Shown: positions 1 through 7,746, counted from the first letter of the stretch. The stretch is 25,714 nt of DNA from a virus (IMGVR_UViG_3300025621_000050:1-25714), one strand, 5' to 3'. Numbers and translations: made by a program. Notes: a model not told the origin generated them from the letters alone.

Positions 1-2
1 AT

Positions 3-152
3 GCTAAGGTAGACATGAAAACAATAGTAGACAAAGCAGACGACTGTCTGTATAAATTGTATACCAGATATAATCGAAAAGACCTACTGACAAAGCTACG
101 TCCTACCGACCTGACTCTTATCCCTTACTTCCTTATAACCAAATTCAGCTAA
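3..152 (+). CDS. Partial (5'-truncated) hypothetical protein
   Basis: Frame is open from nt 3 (AKVDMKTIVDKADDCLYKLYTRYNRKDLLTKLRPTDLTLIPYFLITKFS) to TAA 150-152. The stop overlaps the exonuclease ATG (TAATG coupling). Not in the ORF track. Confidence 0.6.
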   Translation, partial: AKVDMKTIVDKADDCLYKLYTRYNRKDLLTKLRPTDLTLIPYFLITKFS

Positions 153-856
153 TGAGTAAACACGTTTTAATAGATGGCGACCAGATCGCTTACCGCGCTT
201 GTTTTTCTTCCGAGACTGAGATCAAGTGGGACGAAGATACGTATAGCTTAACAAGCTCGCAAAGTAGTATCGAGTCCAGTTTGGAGTATCAGATCTCCCA
301 AGCAAAGCGAGACACAGGTATAATGAATGTTCGCGTTGCGCTTTCCGACTCAAAGAATTTTCGGAAGGAGATCTACTCTGACTACAAGGCAAACCGCACC
401 GCACGGAAACCTCTTGGACTCAGCGGAGCGAAGGAATATCTTGAGGCTACATACGGAGCCGAAACAAAGGACAGCTTAGAAGCTGACGACCTTATTGGAA
501 TGTGGGCAGTGGCTAACCCTGATAGTATTATCTGGGCAACGGATAAGGATTACCTTACGGTGCCATGTAAGCTGTTCCGAAACGGACAACTGGTTGTTGT
601 TACTGAGGCTGACGCTGATTCCTTTCTTCGACTCCAGACAATGGTTGGAGATACGGCTGACAACTACAAAGGTGTAAAGGGATTCGGAGATAAGACTGCA
701 TCCAAGTGGATCGAGAAACACGGTGACACTTGGGACTCGGTTAAAAAGGCTTTCGAGTCAAAGAACCAGACCGAGGAAGACTACGTAACAAATGCTAGGC
801 TTGCACGAATTCTTAGATCAATGAGCGATTTAGATTGGAGACCATATGACAAATAG
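152..856 (+). CDS. 5'-3' exonuclease, T7 gp6-like (FEN/PolA 5'-nuclease family)
   Basis: Motifs LIDGDQIAY, NFRKEIYSDYKANR, LEADDLIG, TDKDY and GDTADNYKGVKGFGDKTA (H3TH). Located just before the structural module, as in T7-like phages. Confidence 0.93.
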   Translation: MSKHVLIDGDQIAYRACFSSETEIKWDEDTYSLTSSQSSIESSLEYQISQAKRDTGIMNVRVALSDSKNFRKEIYSDYKANRTARKPLGLSGAKEYLEATYGAETKDSLEADDLIGMWAVANPDSIIWATDKDYLTVPCKLFRNGQLVVVTEADADSFLRLQTMVGDTADNYKGVKGFGDKTASKWIEKHGDTWDSVKKAFESKNQTEEDYVTNARLARILRSMSDLDWRPYDK

Positions 857-1196
857 TAAACTACCAGATAGCGGAGAGCGTAGCACTTTTGAAACGGGTG
901 CCGTTCGAGACGCAATGCAAGGCAAGGGATGTCCTAGCCTTTTACCTATTGATGCCTTGAGAGCTGCCGCCAAGCGGTTCGAAGACGGAGCAGAGAAATA
1001 CGGACGTAATAACTGGGAAAAGGGTATCCCCCTTTCTCGGTATGTTGACGCTCTCTATCGACACCTTTGGGCCTTCATGGAGGAGCGCTACGACGAGGAT
1101 CACGGCGGCGCTGTCATATGGAATGCTATGTGTCTTGTGCAGACAAGGGAGTGGATCCGCGAAGGCAGGCTTCCAGAAGAACTGAACGACTTATAG
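846..1196 (+). CDS. DUF5664-type dATP/dGTP diphosphohydrolase-domain protein
   Basis: Motifs FETGAVRD..GKG..LLP, GAEKYGRNNWEKG.P.S.Y..ALYRHL and DEDH.GAVIWN are typical of phage DUF5664 proteins. Overlaps the exonuclease stop. Confidence 0.8.
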   Translation: MTNSKLPDSGERSTFETGAVRDAMQGKGCPSLLPIDALRAAAKRFEDGAEKYGRNNWEKGIPLSRYVDALYRHLWAFMEERYDEDHGGAVIWNAMCLVQTREWIREGRLPEELNDL

Positions 1197-1210
1197 AGAG
1201 AGCCCCCTAT

Positions 1211-1408
1211 ATGAATCATAATACCGAAACATTTCCGATGGTCTCAGTCCAGCTTATGAAATCGCTTGAAGAAGCATTTCCGATGCGAGACTTTGAGGCT
1301 ACCGATTCGATCCCTAACCTGAACTATCACTACGGTCAGCGGTCTGTTATAAATTTCCTACGGAATCAATACGAGATCCAGAACGAAAATATTCTCAACC
1401 CAAACTAA
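1211..1408 (+). CDS. Small conserved phage protein (T7 gp6.5 positional equivalent), 65 aa
   Basis: ATG 1211 lies just after the DUF5664 stop and gives MNHNTETFPMVSVQLMKSLEEAFP...YGQRSVINFL. The longer 1067 start in the track overlaps the upstream gene and is unlikely. Confidence 0.7.
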   Translation: MNHNTETFPMVSVQLMKSLEEAFPMRDFEATDSIPNLNYHYGQRSVINFLRNQYEIQNENILNPN

Positions 1409-1430
1409 CTCAAACCACGTATAATATATT

Positions 1431-1625
1431 ATGGGCTCCGCACCTAAAATTCCACCTCCTCCTCCTCCTCCAGCTCCTCCTCCTCCTCCTACTAAGATGG
1501 CAGAGCAGGTTAAACAAACTACTCGTGCCTCTTCCGCTTCAAGTAAAAAACGAGGTGCAAGCGCACTAACAATTCGCCGTCCTTCAGTAAACATTGGATC
1601 GTCTGGAACTGGGGCTCGGGTCTAA
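1431..1625 (+). CDS. Small proline-rich virion/tail-assembly protein (T7 gp6.7/gp7.3-like)
   Basis: MGSAPKIPPPPPPPAPPPPP...KKRGASALTIRR. A poly-Pro N-terminus with a basic 'G.S.L.I' C-terminus is typical of the small gene normally preceding the portal in T7-like phages. Confidence 0.7.
   Translation: MGSAPKIPPPPPPPAPPPPPTKMAEQVKQTTRASSASSKKRGASALTIRRPSVNIGSSGTGARV
1452..1490 (+). repeat. CCT/CCA trinucleotide run encoding polyproline
   Basis: ccacctcctcctcctcctccagctcctcctcctcctcct, in frame with the 1431 ORF. Confidence 0.85.
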
Positions 1626-1644
1626 TACTTAATCCATATATACC

Positions 1645-1932
1645 ATGTCACTTAAATCCTTAAACACAACGGTCACCGCTAACGGTGAAACCCTAGTGCC
1701 TGACTGGAACGGACGCCTCGGTGCCTTTCTTGCTTCAGGCACGTTCGACGGAGCGACTGTGAAACTTCAGCACAAGATTGGTGCCGAGTGGGTAGATGTC
1801 GGAATCGACACCACGCTCTCTTCATCTGGCGGTGCTCAGTTCATTACTCCTCAGGCCGAACTTCGGGTCAGCGTATCAGGCGGCGGCGCTTCTCTTAGCG
1901 TTACTATTCTGGTTAAACCTCTTGTTATCTAA
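1645..1932 (+). CDS. Hypothetical small beta-strand-rich protein (probable virion accessory)
   Basis: 95 aa, G/S/T/V-rich with alternating hydrophobics (SGTFDGATVKLQ, W.DV, LRVSVSGG). Directly precedes the 806-aa protein. Confidence 0.65.
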   Translation: MSLKSLNTTVTANGETLVPDWNGRLGAFLASGTFDGATVKLQHKIGAEWVDVGIDTTLSSSGGAQFITPQAELRVSVSGGGASLSVTILVKPLVI

Positions 1933-1937
1933 TATAG

Positions 1938-4358
1938 ATGCTACAGCAGCGCCTTACTCGTAATCTTTACACAGGTCAGACCGAACCGTTGACCGCTCCG
2001 TTATCCTTCGACTTCACTGAAGACTTAGGAGACAAGCGCAACCTGTCCTTGCTGAGTCAATACGGAGGCGCTGCTGCTGCGTATTCGCTACGTGCGCTGG
2101 GTAGTTATAACGCGAATGTTGTTCGTGTTCGCAGAGCAAGCGACAACGACGAAAAAGACTTCACCGCTTCTCAAGTAAGCAGTGGCGAGATGGTGAACTG
2201 GGTGAACTCCCAGACTGTTCCACCTTTGGACATCGGCAAGGAGACCGAAGATGGGCGCACACCAGTTCCAGAGGGAGGGGAGAGCATTGGAACTCCTGCT
2301 GCTGCGTATAGCTTGCGTAACCTTAGCACGACCTACACAGGGAACGTGGTGGACGTGAGGCGGTCTAGTGACGATGCAGTGGCTTCCTTTACTGCGGCTG
2401 AGGTTACTGATGGGACGCTTCTTAACTTTTGCAGAAACATCAACAATGCTGACATTATCAGTTTTGCTGATGCTGGATCGACTGGAAGTCCTGCGGCTAA
2501 CAAGCGAATGTATTTTGATGGGGAGGATGATTTTATAAATCATGCCGCAGTTTCTTTTCCCAACACTAATGATTGGTCTATTGATTTTTCTATGATTTTC
2601 ACTGACACCGTAGGCGAGGGCGTGGGTTTTAAGTCTGGAAATCAAGAAAGTTTTGCCCGATTTGTTAGTGCAAGTGAATTGGCATTAAGGACTAAGGGAT
2701 ACGTCTTTCGGACTTTGTCTATATCACCTGCATTACAAGTTGGCAATACTTACAACCTTTCAATTAAAAATGTATCTGGATTGATTGGACTATATAGCGA
2801 TGGTGTTTTAATATCATCCACAGCCCCAGTAGGTTTAGGATTTTCCAATATAGCAACTTTCGGGTGGATGGGGTCAGATTTTGCGAATCAATCAGAGTAT
2901 ATTGTATGGGATGTGGGATATGATACTGATGGAGACGGTGAATATGAATCATTCTATCAAGGCTACGGTAACACCAACGCCGACTGGACAGACCAAATCG
3001 GCAGTAACGACGGCACCGTCAACGGCTCGCCAGCATTGTTTACAGGGCAGGGCTTCTACGACTTCGACGGCTTCGTCTCCAAATGGTATGACCAGTCAGG
3101 GAACGACAACCATGCAACTCAAGGGACAGCCGCAAGTCAGCCTAAGATTGTTGATGGTGGGGCTTTGGTTTCTGGTGGGATTGATTTTGATGGGGTGGAT
3201 GACAGTTTATCTACTTCAGATCTTTCATTATTTACCTTAAATAACGCATCTTCTTTTGTAGTATCAACAGTTACAACTGGCGGTGGTCAAGTTGCGTCTA
3301 TAACCGAAATAGGAAACGGTTCAAATAGATTTGGTAATCCTTACAGATACGGAAATACCTATGGATTTAGATATGGAGATGAGTCAGCTCAACTTCAGCC
3401 AGAATCCATTAATTCTACGGAAGCAATAACGTCATTGATTGCGGGTTCATCGGGTGCTGAGGGCTACAAGAATGGAACAAGTATTAAAACGTATGGAACA
3501 CCAAATACTACGGCTATTGTAAATCCTATTTCTATAGGAAAAAGTTTTGCTGGGACACCAAGTTGTTTAGTTCAGGAAGCTATATTTTACCCCTCCGACC
3601 AATCCGACAACCGCACAGCGATTGAGGCGAACATTGGGGAAACCTACGGCATCACTGGAATCCCTGCTTATGATAATACAGTGGATGGCTTTGTCGAAAC
3701 ATGGTATGACCAGAGTGGGAACGGCATAGATCAGACGCAAAGTGTTGCTAGCAATCAGCCGCAGATCGTAAATAACGGAGCATTGATGACAGACGCAATT
3801 TATTTTGGTGATGGAACTTTCGCTCTTATTGGTGGAGACACAGATGTATCCGTATCGTCTGGAGTTACGGTGCATTGCGTGTTAAATGGTCCACAGGTTG
3901 CAGACATTACAGGCGGAATTGGCGGCGCGTTATGGTCATTAACCGACAACACTCAAATTGCAAATAATCGGGTTTTGTTGTTTCGTGGCGTTAGCTCCGA
4001 TAATTTACAGGTATTTTTAGAAAATACGGCTGGAACACAGACAAGAGTGCTGGCCTATAACAATTTTTTCCAGACTTACAATGGAGTTGATACTTTGATT
4101 ACAACCGTTTTTGATGTTACAGCAAATGGAATAAGTGTCTATATAAATGGTTCCTTGGCAACTCCTGATTCAATAAGCGGAACTTACGACAATGACGTCA
4201 CAGCGGACTATTTTTCAATCGGTTCCTACGGAAATGCTTCAAATGTTGGAAGGCTAGATCAAAATGGAGTTAGGGAAATCCTGCTTGATCCATCGGTTGA
4301 CGGAACGCGAAGGGATGGAATTATGGCCAACATTAAATCTCAATACAATATCGCATAA
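1938..4358 (+). CDS. Large ConA/LamG-like (GH54 arabinofuranosidase-catalytic-domain-like) repeat protein, probable virion fibre/adhesin
   Basis: Two copies of AAAYSLR.L...Y....V.VRR.SD....FTA..V..G and two of DGFV..WYDQSGN....TQ..A..QP.IV..GAL, plus LamG-type F-D-G-x-D-D motifs. G/S/T/N/D-rich. Confidence 0.65.
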   Translation: MLQQRLTRNLYTGQTEPLTAPLSFDFTEDLGDKRNLSLLSQYGGAAAAYSLRALGSYNANVVRVRRASDNDEKDFTASQVSSGEMVNWVNSQTVPPLDIGKETEDGRTPVPEGGESIGTPAAAYSLRNLSTTYTGNVVDVRRSSDDAVASFTAAEVTDGTLLNFCRNINNADIISFADAGSTGSPAANKRMYFDGEDDFINHAAVSFPNTNDWSIDFSMIFTDTVGEGVGFKSGNQESFARFVSASELALRTKGYVFRTLSISPALQVGNTYNLSIKNVSGLIGLYSDGVLISSTAPVGLGFSNIATFGWMGSDFANQSEYIVWDVGYDTDGDGEYESFYQGYGNTNADWTDQIGSNDGTVNGSPALFTGQGFYDFDGFVSKWYDQSGNDNHATQGTAASQPKIVDGGALVSGGIDFDGVDDSLSTSDLSLFTLNNASSFVVSTVTTGGGQVASITEIGNGSNRFGNPYRYGNTYGFRYGDESAQLQPESINSTEAITSLIAGSSGAEGYKNGTSIKTYGTPNTTAIVNPISIGKSFAGTPSCLVQEAIFYPSDQSDNRTAIEANIGETYGITGIPAYDNTVDGFVETWYDQSGNGIDQTQSVASNQPQIVNNGALMTDAIYFGDGTFALIGGDTDVSVSSGVTVHCVLNGPQVADITGGIGGALWSLTDNTQIANNRVLLFRGVSSDNLQVFLENTAGTQTRVLAYNNFFQTYNGVDTLITTVFDVTANGISVYINGSLATPDSISGTYDNDVTADYFSIGSYGNASNVGRLDQNGVREILLDPSVDGTRRDGIMANIKSQYNIA

Positions 4359-4600
4359 TGAGTATATACCTACTATACTCAACCGAACAAGACGCATGGG
4401 ATCGCTCCGAAGAGGAGGGGATTGCACAGGGCTTGGCCTACCACACTGAGGGGAGAGGCTCACGCTACGTGTCTGCTCCGAAGGAGACCATTGACGGCCT
4501 CTGGGCATTGGACGTGACTGGATACGATTTGGACGAGATTGAGGAATCGACTGTAACTCCTGATGTAACTTTCCCACAACCAACCGAAGACCTAATGTAA
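4358..4600 (+). CDS. Hypothetical acidic protein, translationally coupled to the 806-aa protein (possible assembly chaperone)
   Basis: TAATG overlap at 4356-4360; 80 aa, acidic. Confidence 0.65.
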   Translation: MSIYLLYSTEQDAWDRSEEEGIAQGLAYHTEGRGSRYVSAPKETIDGLWALDVTGYDLDEIEESTVTPDVTFPQPTEDLM

Positions 4601-4601
4601 C

Positions 4602-4763
4602 ATGGAAGAGGTAATCACAAAATCACTCGTAGGCACAGGGGGCTTCTTTGCCACCCTCGGCCTCGCTCCAATCAGTGAGGTTGTTAGCCTGCTAGTTGGT
4701 GTCGCCACCCTTGTTTACATGGTTGTCTCGATCATCAAGATTACCAAGGGACTTATCAAATAA
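4602..4763 (+). CDS. Small holin-like membrane protein, 53 aa
   Basis: Hand translation gives MEEVITKSLVGTGGFFATLGLAPISEVVSLLVGVATLVYMVVSIIKITKGLIK, with hydrophobic helices and a basic C-terminal tail. It fills the gap exactly and is below the ORF-track size cutoff. Confidence 0.65.
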   Translation: MEEVITKSLVGTGGFFATLGLAPISEVVSLLVGVATLVYMVVSIIKITKGLIK

Positions 4764-4767
4764 CATT

Positions 4768-4956
4768 ATGAAAGAAATCATCGCATACCTAGTATCCAAC
4801 GTGGACAGTATTGTTACTGCCCTTACCGCTGTCGTAGCTGCGGCTTCTGCCATTGCAGCCCTTACCCCTACGCCTAAAGATGACGGCCTTGCATCGAAAG
4901 CTTACAAGGTTGTGGACTGGCTCGCTCTTAACATTGGTAAAGCTAAGGATAAATAG
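4768..4956 (+). CDS. Small membrane protein, holin-like (TPTPKDD type), 62 aa
   Basis: ATG 4768 gives MKEIIAYLVSNVDSIVTALTAVVAAASAIAALTPTPKDDGLASKAYKVVDWLALNIGKAKDK: a hydrophobic helix, TPTPKDD turn, amphipathic helix and basic tail. Confidence 0.6.
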   Translation: MKEIIAYLVSNVDSIVTALTAVVAAASAIAALTPTPKDDGLASKAYKVVDWLALNIGKAKDK

Positions 4957-4958
4957 TC

Positions 4959-5159
4959 GTGATCTCGCTGATCGTTCAGCTGCTTATAGCATTTCCAAAG
5001 ATTGGTGCCTTACTTCTTAAACTGAAACGAGAGTATGTTAAAGAGCTTGTTACTCGCCGCGACAATGAGCATCGCAAGCATATTGCCGAGTGGGTGCGTG
5101 ACGCTAAAAGAGAGCAGGATTCCAGAGTTCCTCCAAAAACTGAACAACCACGAGTTTAG
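4959..5159 (+). CDS. Putative i-spanin (Rz-like)
   Basis: GTG start, hydrophobic N-terminus (MISLIVQLLIAFPKIGALLL) then a charged helical region. Overlapped in the +1 frame by a lipoprotein ORF. Confidence 0.5.
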   Translation: MISLIVQLLIAFPKIGALLLKLKREYVKELVTRRDNEHRKHIAEWVRDAKREQDSRVPPKTEQPRV

Positions 5160-5223
5160 CATCGAGGAAAAAGAAACTATCGGAGAAATCCTTTACTACG
5201 TAAACGAATTAGAAAATCAATAA
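5035..5223 (+). CDS. Putative o-spanin lipoprotein (Rz1-like)
   Basis: Signal peptide MLKSLLLAATMSIASILPSG followed by Cys21 (TGC 5095-5097), lipobox-like. Overlaps the preceding ORF by 125 nt in the +1 frame and ends 5 nt before the portal ATG. Confidence 0.6.
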   Translation: MLKSLLLAATMSIASILPSGCVTLKESRIPEFLQKLNNHEFSIEEKETIGEILYYVNELENQ

Positions 5224-5228
5224 CCTAT

Positions 5229-6752
5229 ATGAACAAATCAGCTAAAGCCCTTTACAGCTCTTTAGAAGGACACAGGTATCAATACCTAGACAGAGCTCGA
5301 CAGTGCTCTAAGCTGACGCTTCCTTACGTGATGCCTGAAGAAGGCTTCGGAGCACATAGCAAACTCGATACTCCATTTCAGGGCGTTGGGGCAAGAGGAG
5401 TAAATAACCTCGCCTCGAAATTACTGTTAGCACTTCTACCTCCCAACGCCCCGTTCTTTCGTCTTAACGTAGACACCTTTAAACTTCAAGAAGAGGGAGC
5501 ACCTCTTGAACTGATTACCGAGATTGAAGCTTCCCTACAAAGCGTAGAGGAAGCTGTGATGGCTGAGATCAGTCGTGAGTCATATCGCACTGGTCTCCAC
5601 GAAGCCCTCAAGCAGCTTATCATAACAGGGAACTCGCTTGTCTATCTGCCAGACGATGGTGGCATGCGTGTGTTCCGTCTGGATCGATATGTTGTTAAAC
5701 GTGACCCGATGGGGAATGTTACTCAGATTGTAACTCGTGAGAACCTTTCGTTCAAAACTCTTCCTGAAGAGATGCAGCAGATTGTTGGTGACGACGTGGA
5801 TGCGGACGGTAACGTCAGTCTCTATACCGCTATCCTTCTTAACGATTCTAACAAGTGGGAAATCTTTCAGGACATCAACGACACACGGGTTCCGAACTCG
5901 GAGGGAGCTTATGAGAAAGATAAGTCTCCATTCATTCCTCTTCGATTCTCTCGTGTAGACGGAGAGAACTACGGACGAGGATATGTTGAAGAGTATTTGG
6001 GCGACCTCCAGTCCCTTGAATCTCTTACCCGTGCTATCGTCGAAGGTAGCGCCGCAGCAGCAAAGGTTCTGTTTCTTGTTAACCCGAACGGCACCACACG
6101 TCAGCGTGTTCTCGCCGAAGCGCCCAACGGTGCTATCGTTCAAGGTTCTGCTCAGGATGTCACTACTCTTCAGCTTCAAAAGGGAAGCGACTTCCAAGTG
6201 GCTCAGGTCACAATGAACGAGATCAAAGATCGTCTCGGTCATTCCTTTTTGCTGACTTCTGGAGTTGTTCGGAATGCGGAACGTGTTACGGCTGAGGAGA
6301 TTCGTATGCTTTCCCAAGAGCTAGAGACTGCTATCGGCGGGCTTTATTCTCTTCTTTCGAACGAGCTCCAGATTCCGTTTGTTAACCGAATCATGTCGGC
6401 AATGAACAAGTCCAAGCGCCTTCCAAAGCTTCCTAAAGATATTGTAAATCCTGTGATCATTACAGGTGTCGAGGCGCTTGGGCGAGGTAACGATCTCCAG
6501 AAACTGGATCTGTTCCTTGCAGGTGCGGCTCAGGTCGTAGGGCCTCAAGCCGTTGCGGAATACGTCAACGTCGGGGAATACTTTAAACGACGCGCTACGT
6601 CCTTGGGTATCAAGACTCAGGGGCTTGTTAAAAGTGATGAAGAAATTCAAGCAATGATGCAACAACAGCAACAAATGCAGTTGACAGAAAAGCTTGGGCC
6701 TGCTGGTATTAAGGCGGTCTCTGATAATATAGGTGCAGAGCAATCCGTTTAA
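5229..6752 (+). CDS. Portal / head-tail connector (T7 gp8-like)
   Basis: Motifs LTLPY, QGVGARGVNNLASKLLLALLPPN.PFFRL, GENYGRGYVEEYLGDL, ERVTAEEIR and ITGVEALGRG.DL; 507 aa. Confidence 0.97.
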   Translation: MNKSAKALYSSLEGHRYQYLDRARQCSKLTLPYVMPEEGFGAHSKLDTPFQGVGARGVNNLASKLLLALLPPNAPFFRLNVDTFKLQEEGAPLELITEIEASLQSVEEAVMAEISRESYRTGLHEALKQLIITGNSLVYLPDDGGMRVFRLDRYVVKRDPMGNVTQIVTRENLSFKTLPEEMQQIVGDDVDADGNVSLYTAILLNDSNKWEIFQDINDTRVPNSEGAYEKDKSPFIPLRFSRVDGENYGRGYVEEYLGDLQSLESLTRAIVEGSAAAAKVLFLVNPNGTTRQRVLAEAPNGAIVQGSAQDVTTLQLQKGSDFQVAQVTMNEIKDRLGHSFLLTSGVVRNAERVTAEEIRMLSQELETAIGGLYSLLSNELQIPFVNRIMSAMNKSKRLPKLPKDIVNPVIITGVEALGRGNDLQKLDLFLAGAAQVVGPQAVAEYVNVGEYFKRRATSLGIKTQGLVKSDEEIQAMMQQQQQMQLTEKLGPAGIKAVSDNIGAEQSV

Positions 6753-6758
6753 AACATT

Positions 6759-6806
6759 ACCTAAGTAAACACAATATACTAAACCTAAGTAAACACAATA
6801 TACTAA
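6759..6806 (+). repeat. Perfect 24-bp tandem duplication (2 copies)
   Basis: acctaagtaaacacaatatactaa at 6759-6782 and 6783-6806, ending 3 nt before the scaffold ATG. Confidence 0.95.
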
Positions 6807-6809
6807 ATT

Positions 6810-7589
6810 ATGGCACAACTTAACCAAGTAAGCATCAACGAATCTACCGATTCTGAGAACATCTCTCTCGAAGAACAAGCCGCAGCGATGGACGCTAAAC
6901 TAGCGAACAAAGCCGAGGATACTGAGGCAGCGCAGACCGTAGAGTCGGATCGTCCTGATTGGCTTCCTGAAAAGTTTCAATCTCCTGAAGATATGGCAAA
7001 AGCTTATAACGAGCTTCAGTCTAAACTCGGAGAAGGAGACAAAGAAAAGGAGAGCTCGAAAAAGGAAAGCAAAGCTGAACCTGACCAGACGGTAATGCAG
7101 GAGATCATTGATTCTGCTACCAACGAGTTTATCGAAAGCGGTGAATTATCCGAAAAGTCGCTAAAGGCTTTGGAAGAGCAAGGTCTTGCTCGTAATCTCG
7201 TAGAAGCCTACGTTTCTGGTCAACGAGCGTTGATGGAGAATCAAGCCAACCAAGTGAAGGCTACTGTAGGTGGCGAAGAGAATTATAACGCTATGGCTGA
7301 ATGGGCCGCTGAGAACCTAGATCAAAGTGAACTGGACGCGTTTAACGAAGTCGTTGAATCGGGCTCAATCAACCAAGCTCAGATGGCTGTTCGTGGCTTG
7401 TATTCCCAGTTCGCTTCCGCAGGTGGTAAAGCTCCTAACCTTATCCAAGGTAATACATCTGGAAGCGCTGTGAAGCCGTTTAACTCCGCAGCTCAGGTCA
7501 CTGAAGCTATGCGAGATCCGCGATATAAGAACGATCCAGCATATCGTAAGACTGTTGAAGATCGTCTTGCGGTCACCTCTTCGTTCTAA
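6810..7589 (+). CDS. Capsid assembly scaffolding protein (T7 gp9-like)
   Basis: Motifs RPDWLPEKF.SPEDMAKAY.EL, VGGEENY.AM.EWA and AMRDPRY..DPAYR..V..RL. Acidic; lies between portal and capsid. Confidence 0.95.
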   Translation: MAQLNQVSINESTDSENISLEEQAAAMDAKLANKAEDTEAAQTVESDRPDWLPEKFQSPEDMAKAYNELQSKLGEGDKEKESSKKESKAEPDQTVMQEIIDSATNEFIESGELSEKSLKALEEQGLARNLVEAYVSGQRALMENQANQVKATVGGEENYNAMAEWAAENLDQSELDAFNEVVESGSINQAQMAVRGLYSQFASAGGKAPNLIQGNTSGSAVKPFNSAAQVTEAMRDPRYKNDPAYRKTVEDRLAVTSSF

Positions 7590-7612
7590 GAGATTTAGAA
7601 AATAAAACAACC

Positions 7613-7640
7613 AGCCCTTGTCTTCGGACGGGGCTTTTTT
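7613..7640 (+). terminator. Intrinsic terminator-like hairpin with cUUCGg loop
   Basis: AGCCCTTGTC-TTCG-GACGGGGCT followed by a T tract. Confidence 0.8.
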
Positions 7641-7746
7641 GTATCCCTCCTCTGTGAACGCTACCAAGCGTAAGGGGGCTTACCGTCCAATACGGTAAAA
7701 AGAAATAACAACTTTCAGGTCTAAATACAATGTGTGCGACAAGTAG

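Noticed and set aside
1067-1210. 5' extension of the 1067..1408 ORF
   Set aside because: Overlaps the DUF5664 gene out of frame with an Arg-rich nonsense-like translation; ATG 1211 is the better start.
1191-1213. Possible phage RNA polymerase promoter (atagagagagccccctatatg), with AGCCCCCT mirrored as AGGGGGCT at 7673-7680
   Set aside because: Only an 8-bp match in the opposite orientation. I could not find a repeated 20-23-bp promoter consensus by eye; a MEME search of intergenic regions would be needed.
1420-1425. Perfect TATAAT 5 nt before the ATG at 1431
   Set aside because: No -35 or extended -10 element, and it is expected by chance in AT-rich leaders.
1938-4358. Diversity-generating retroelement target/template repeats in the adhesin gene
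   Set aside because: The repeats are diverged at all bases and mostly at the protein level, not adenine-specific, and no reverse transcriptase is present in the window.
4696-4767. 5' extension of the 4696..4956 ORF
   Set aside because: Overlaps the 53-aa membrane ORF; ATG 4768, just after its stop, fits better.
6759-6806. 24-bp repeat as a mini-CRISPR array or att site
   Set aside because: The copies are directly adjacent with no spacer, and there is no cas or integrase gene in the window.
5580-6878. Minus-strand ORFs of 245 and 185 aa over the portal
   Set aside because: Antisense shadows of the portal with no protein-like features. The same applies to the other short minus-strand and off-frame ORFs in the track.
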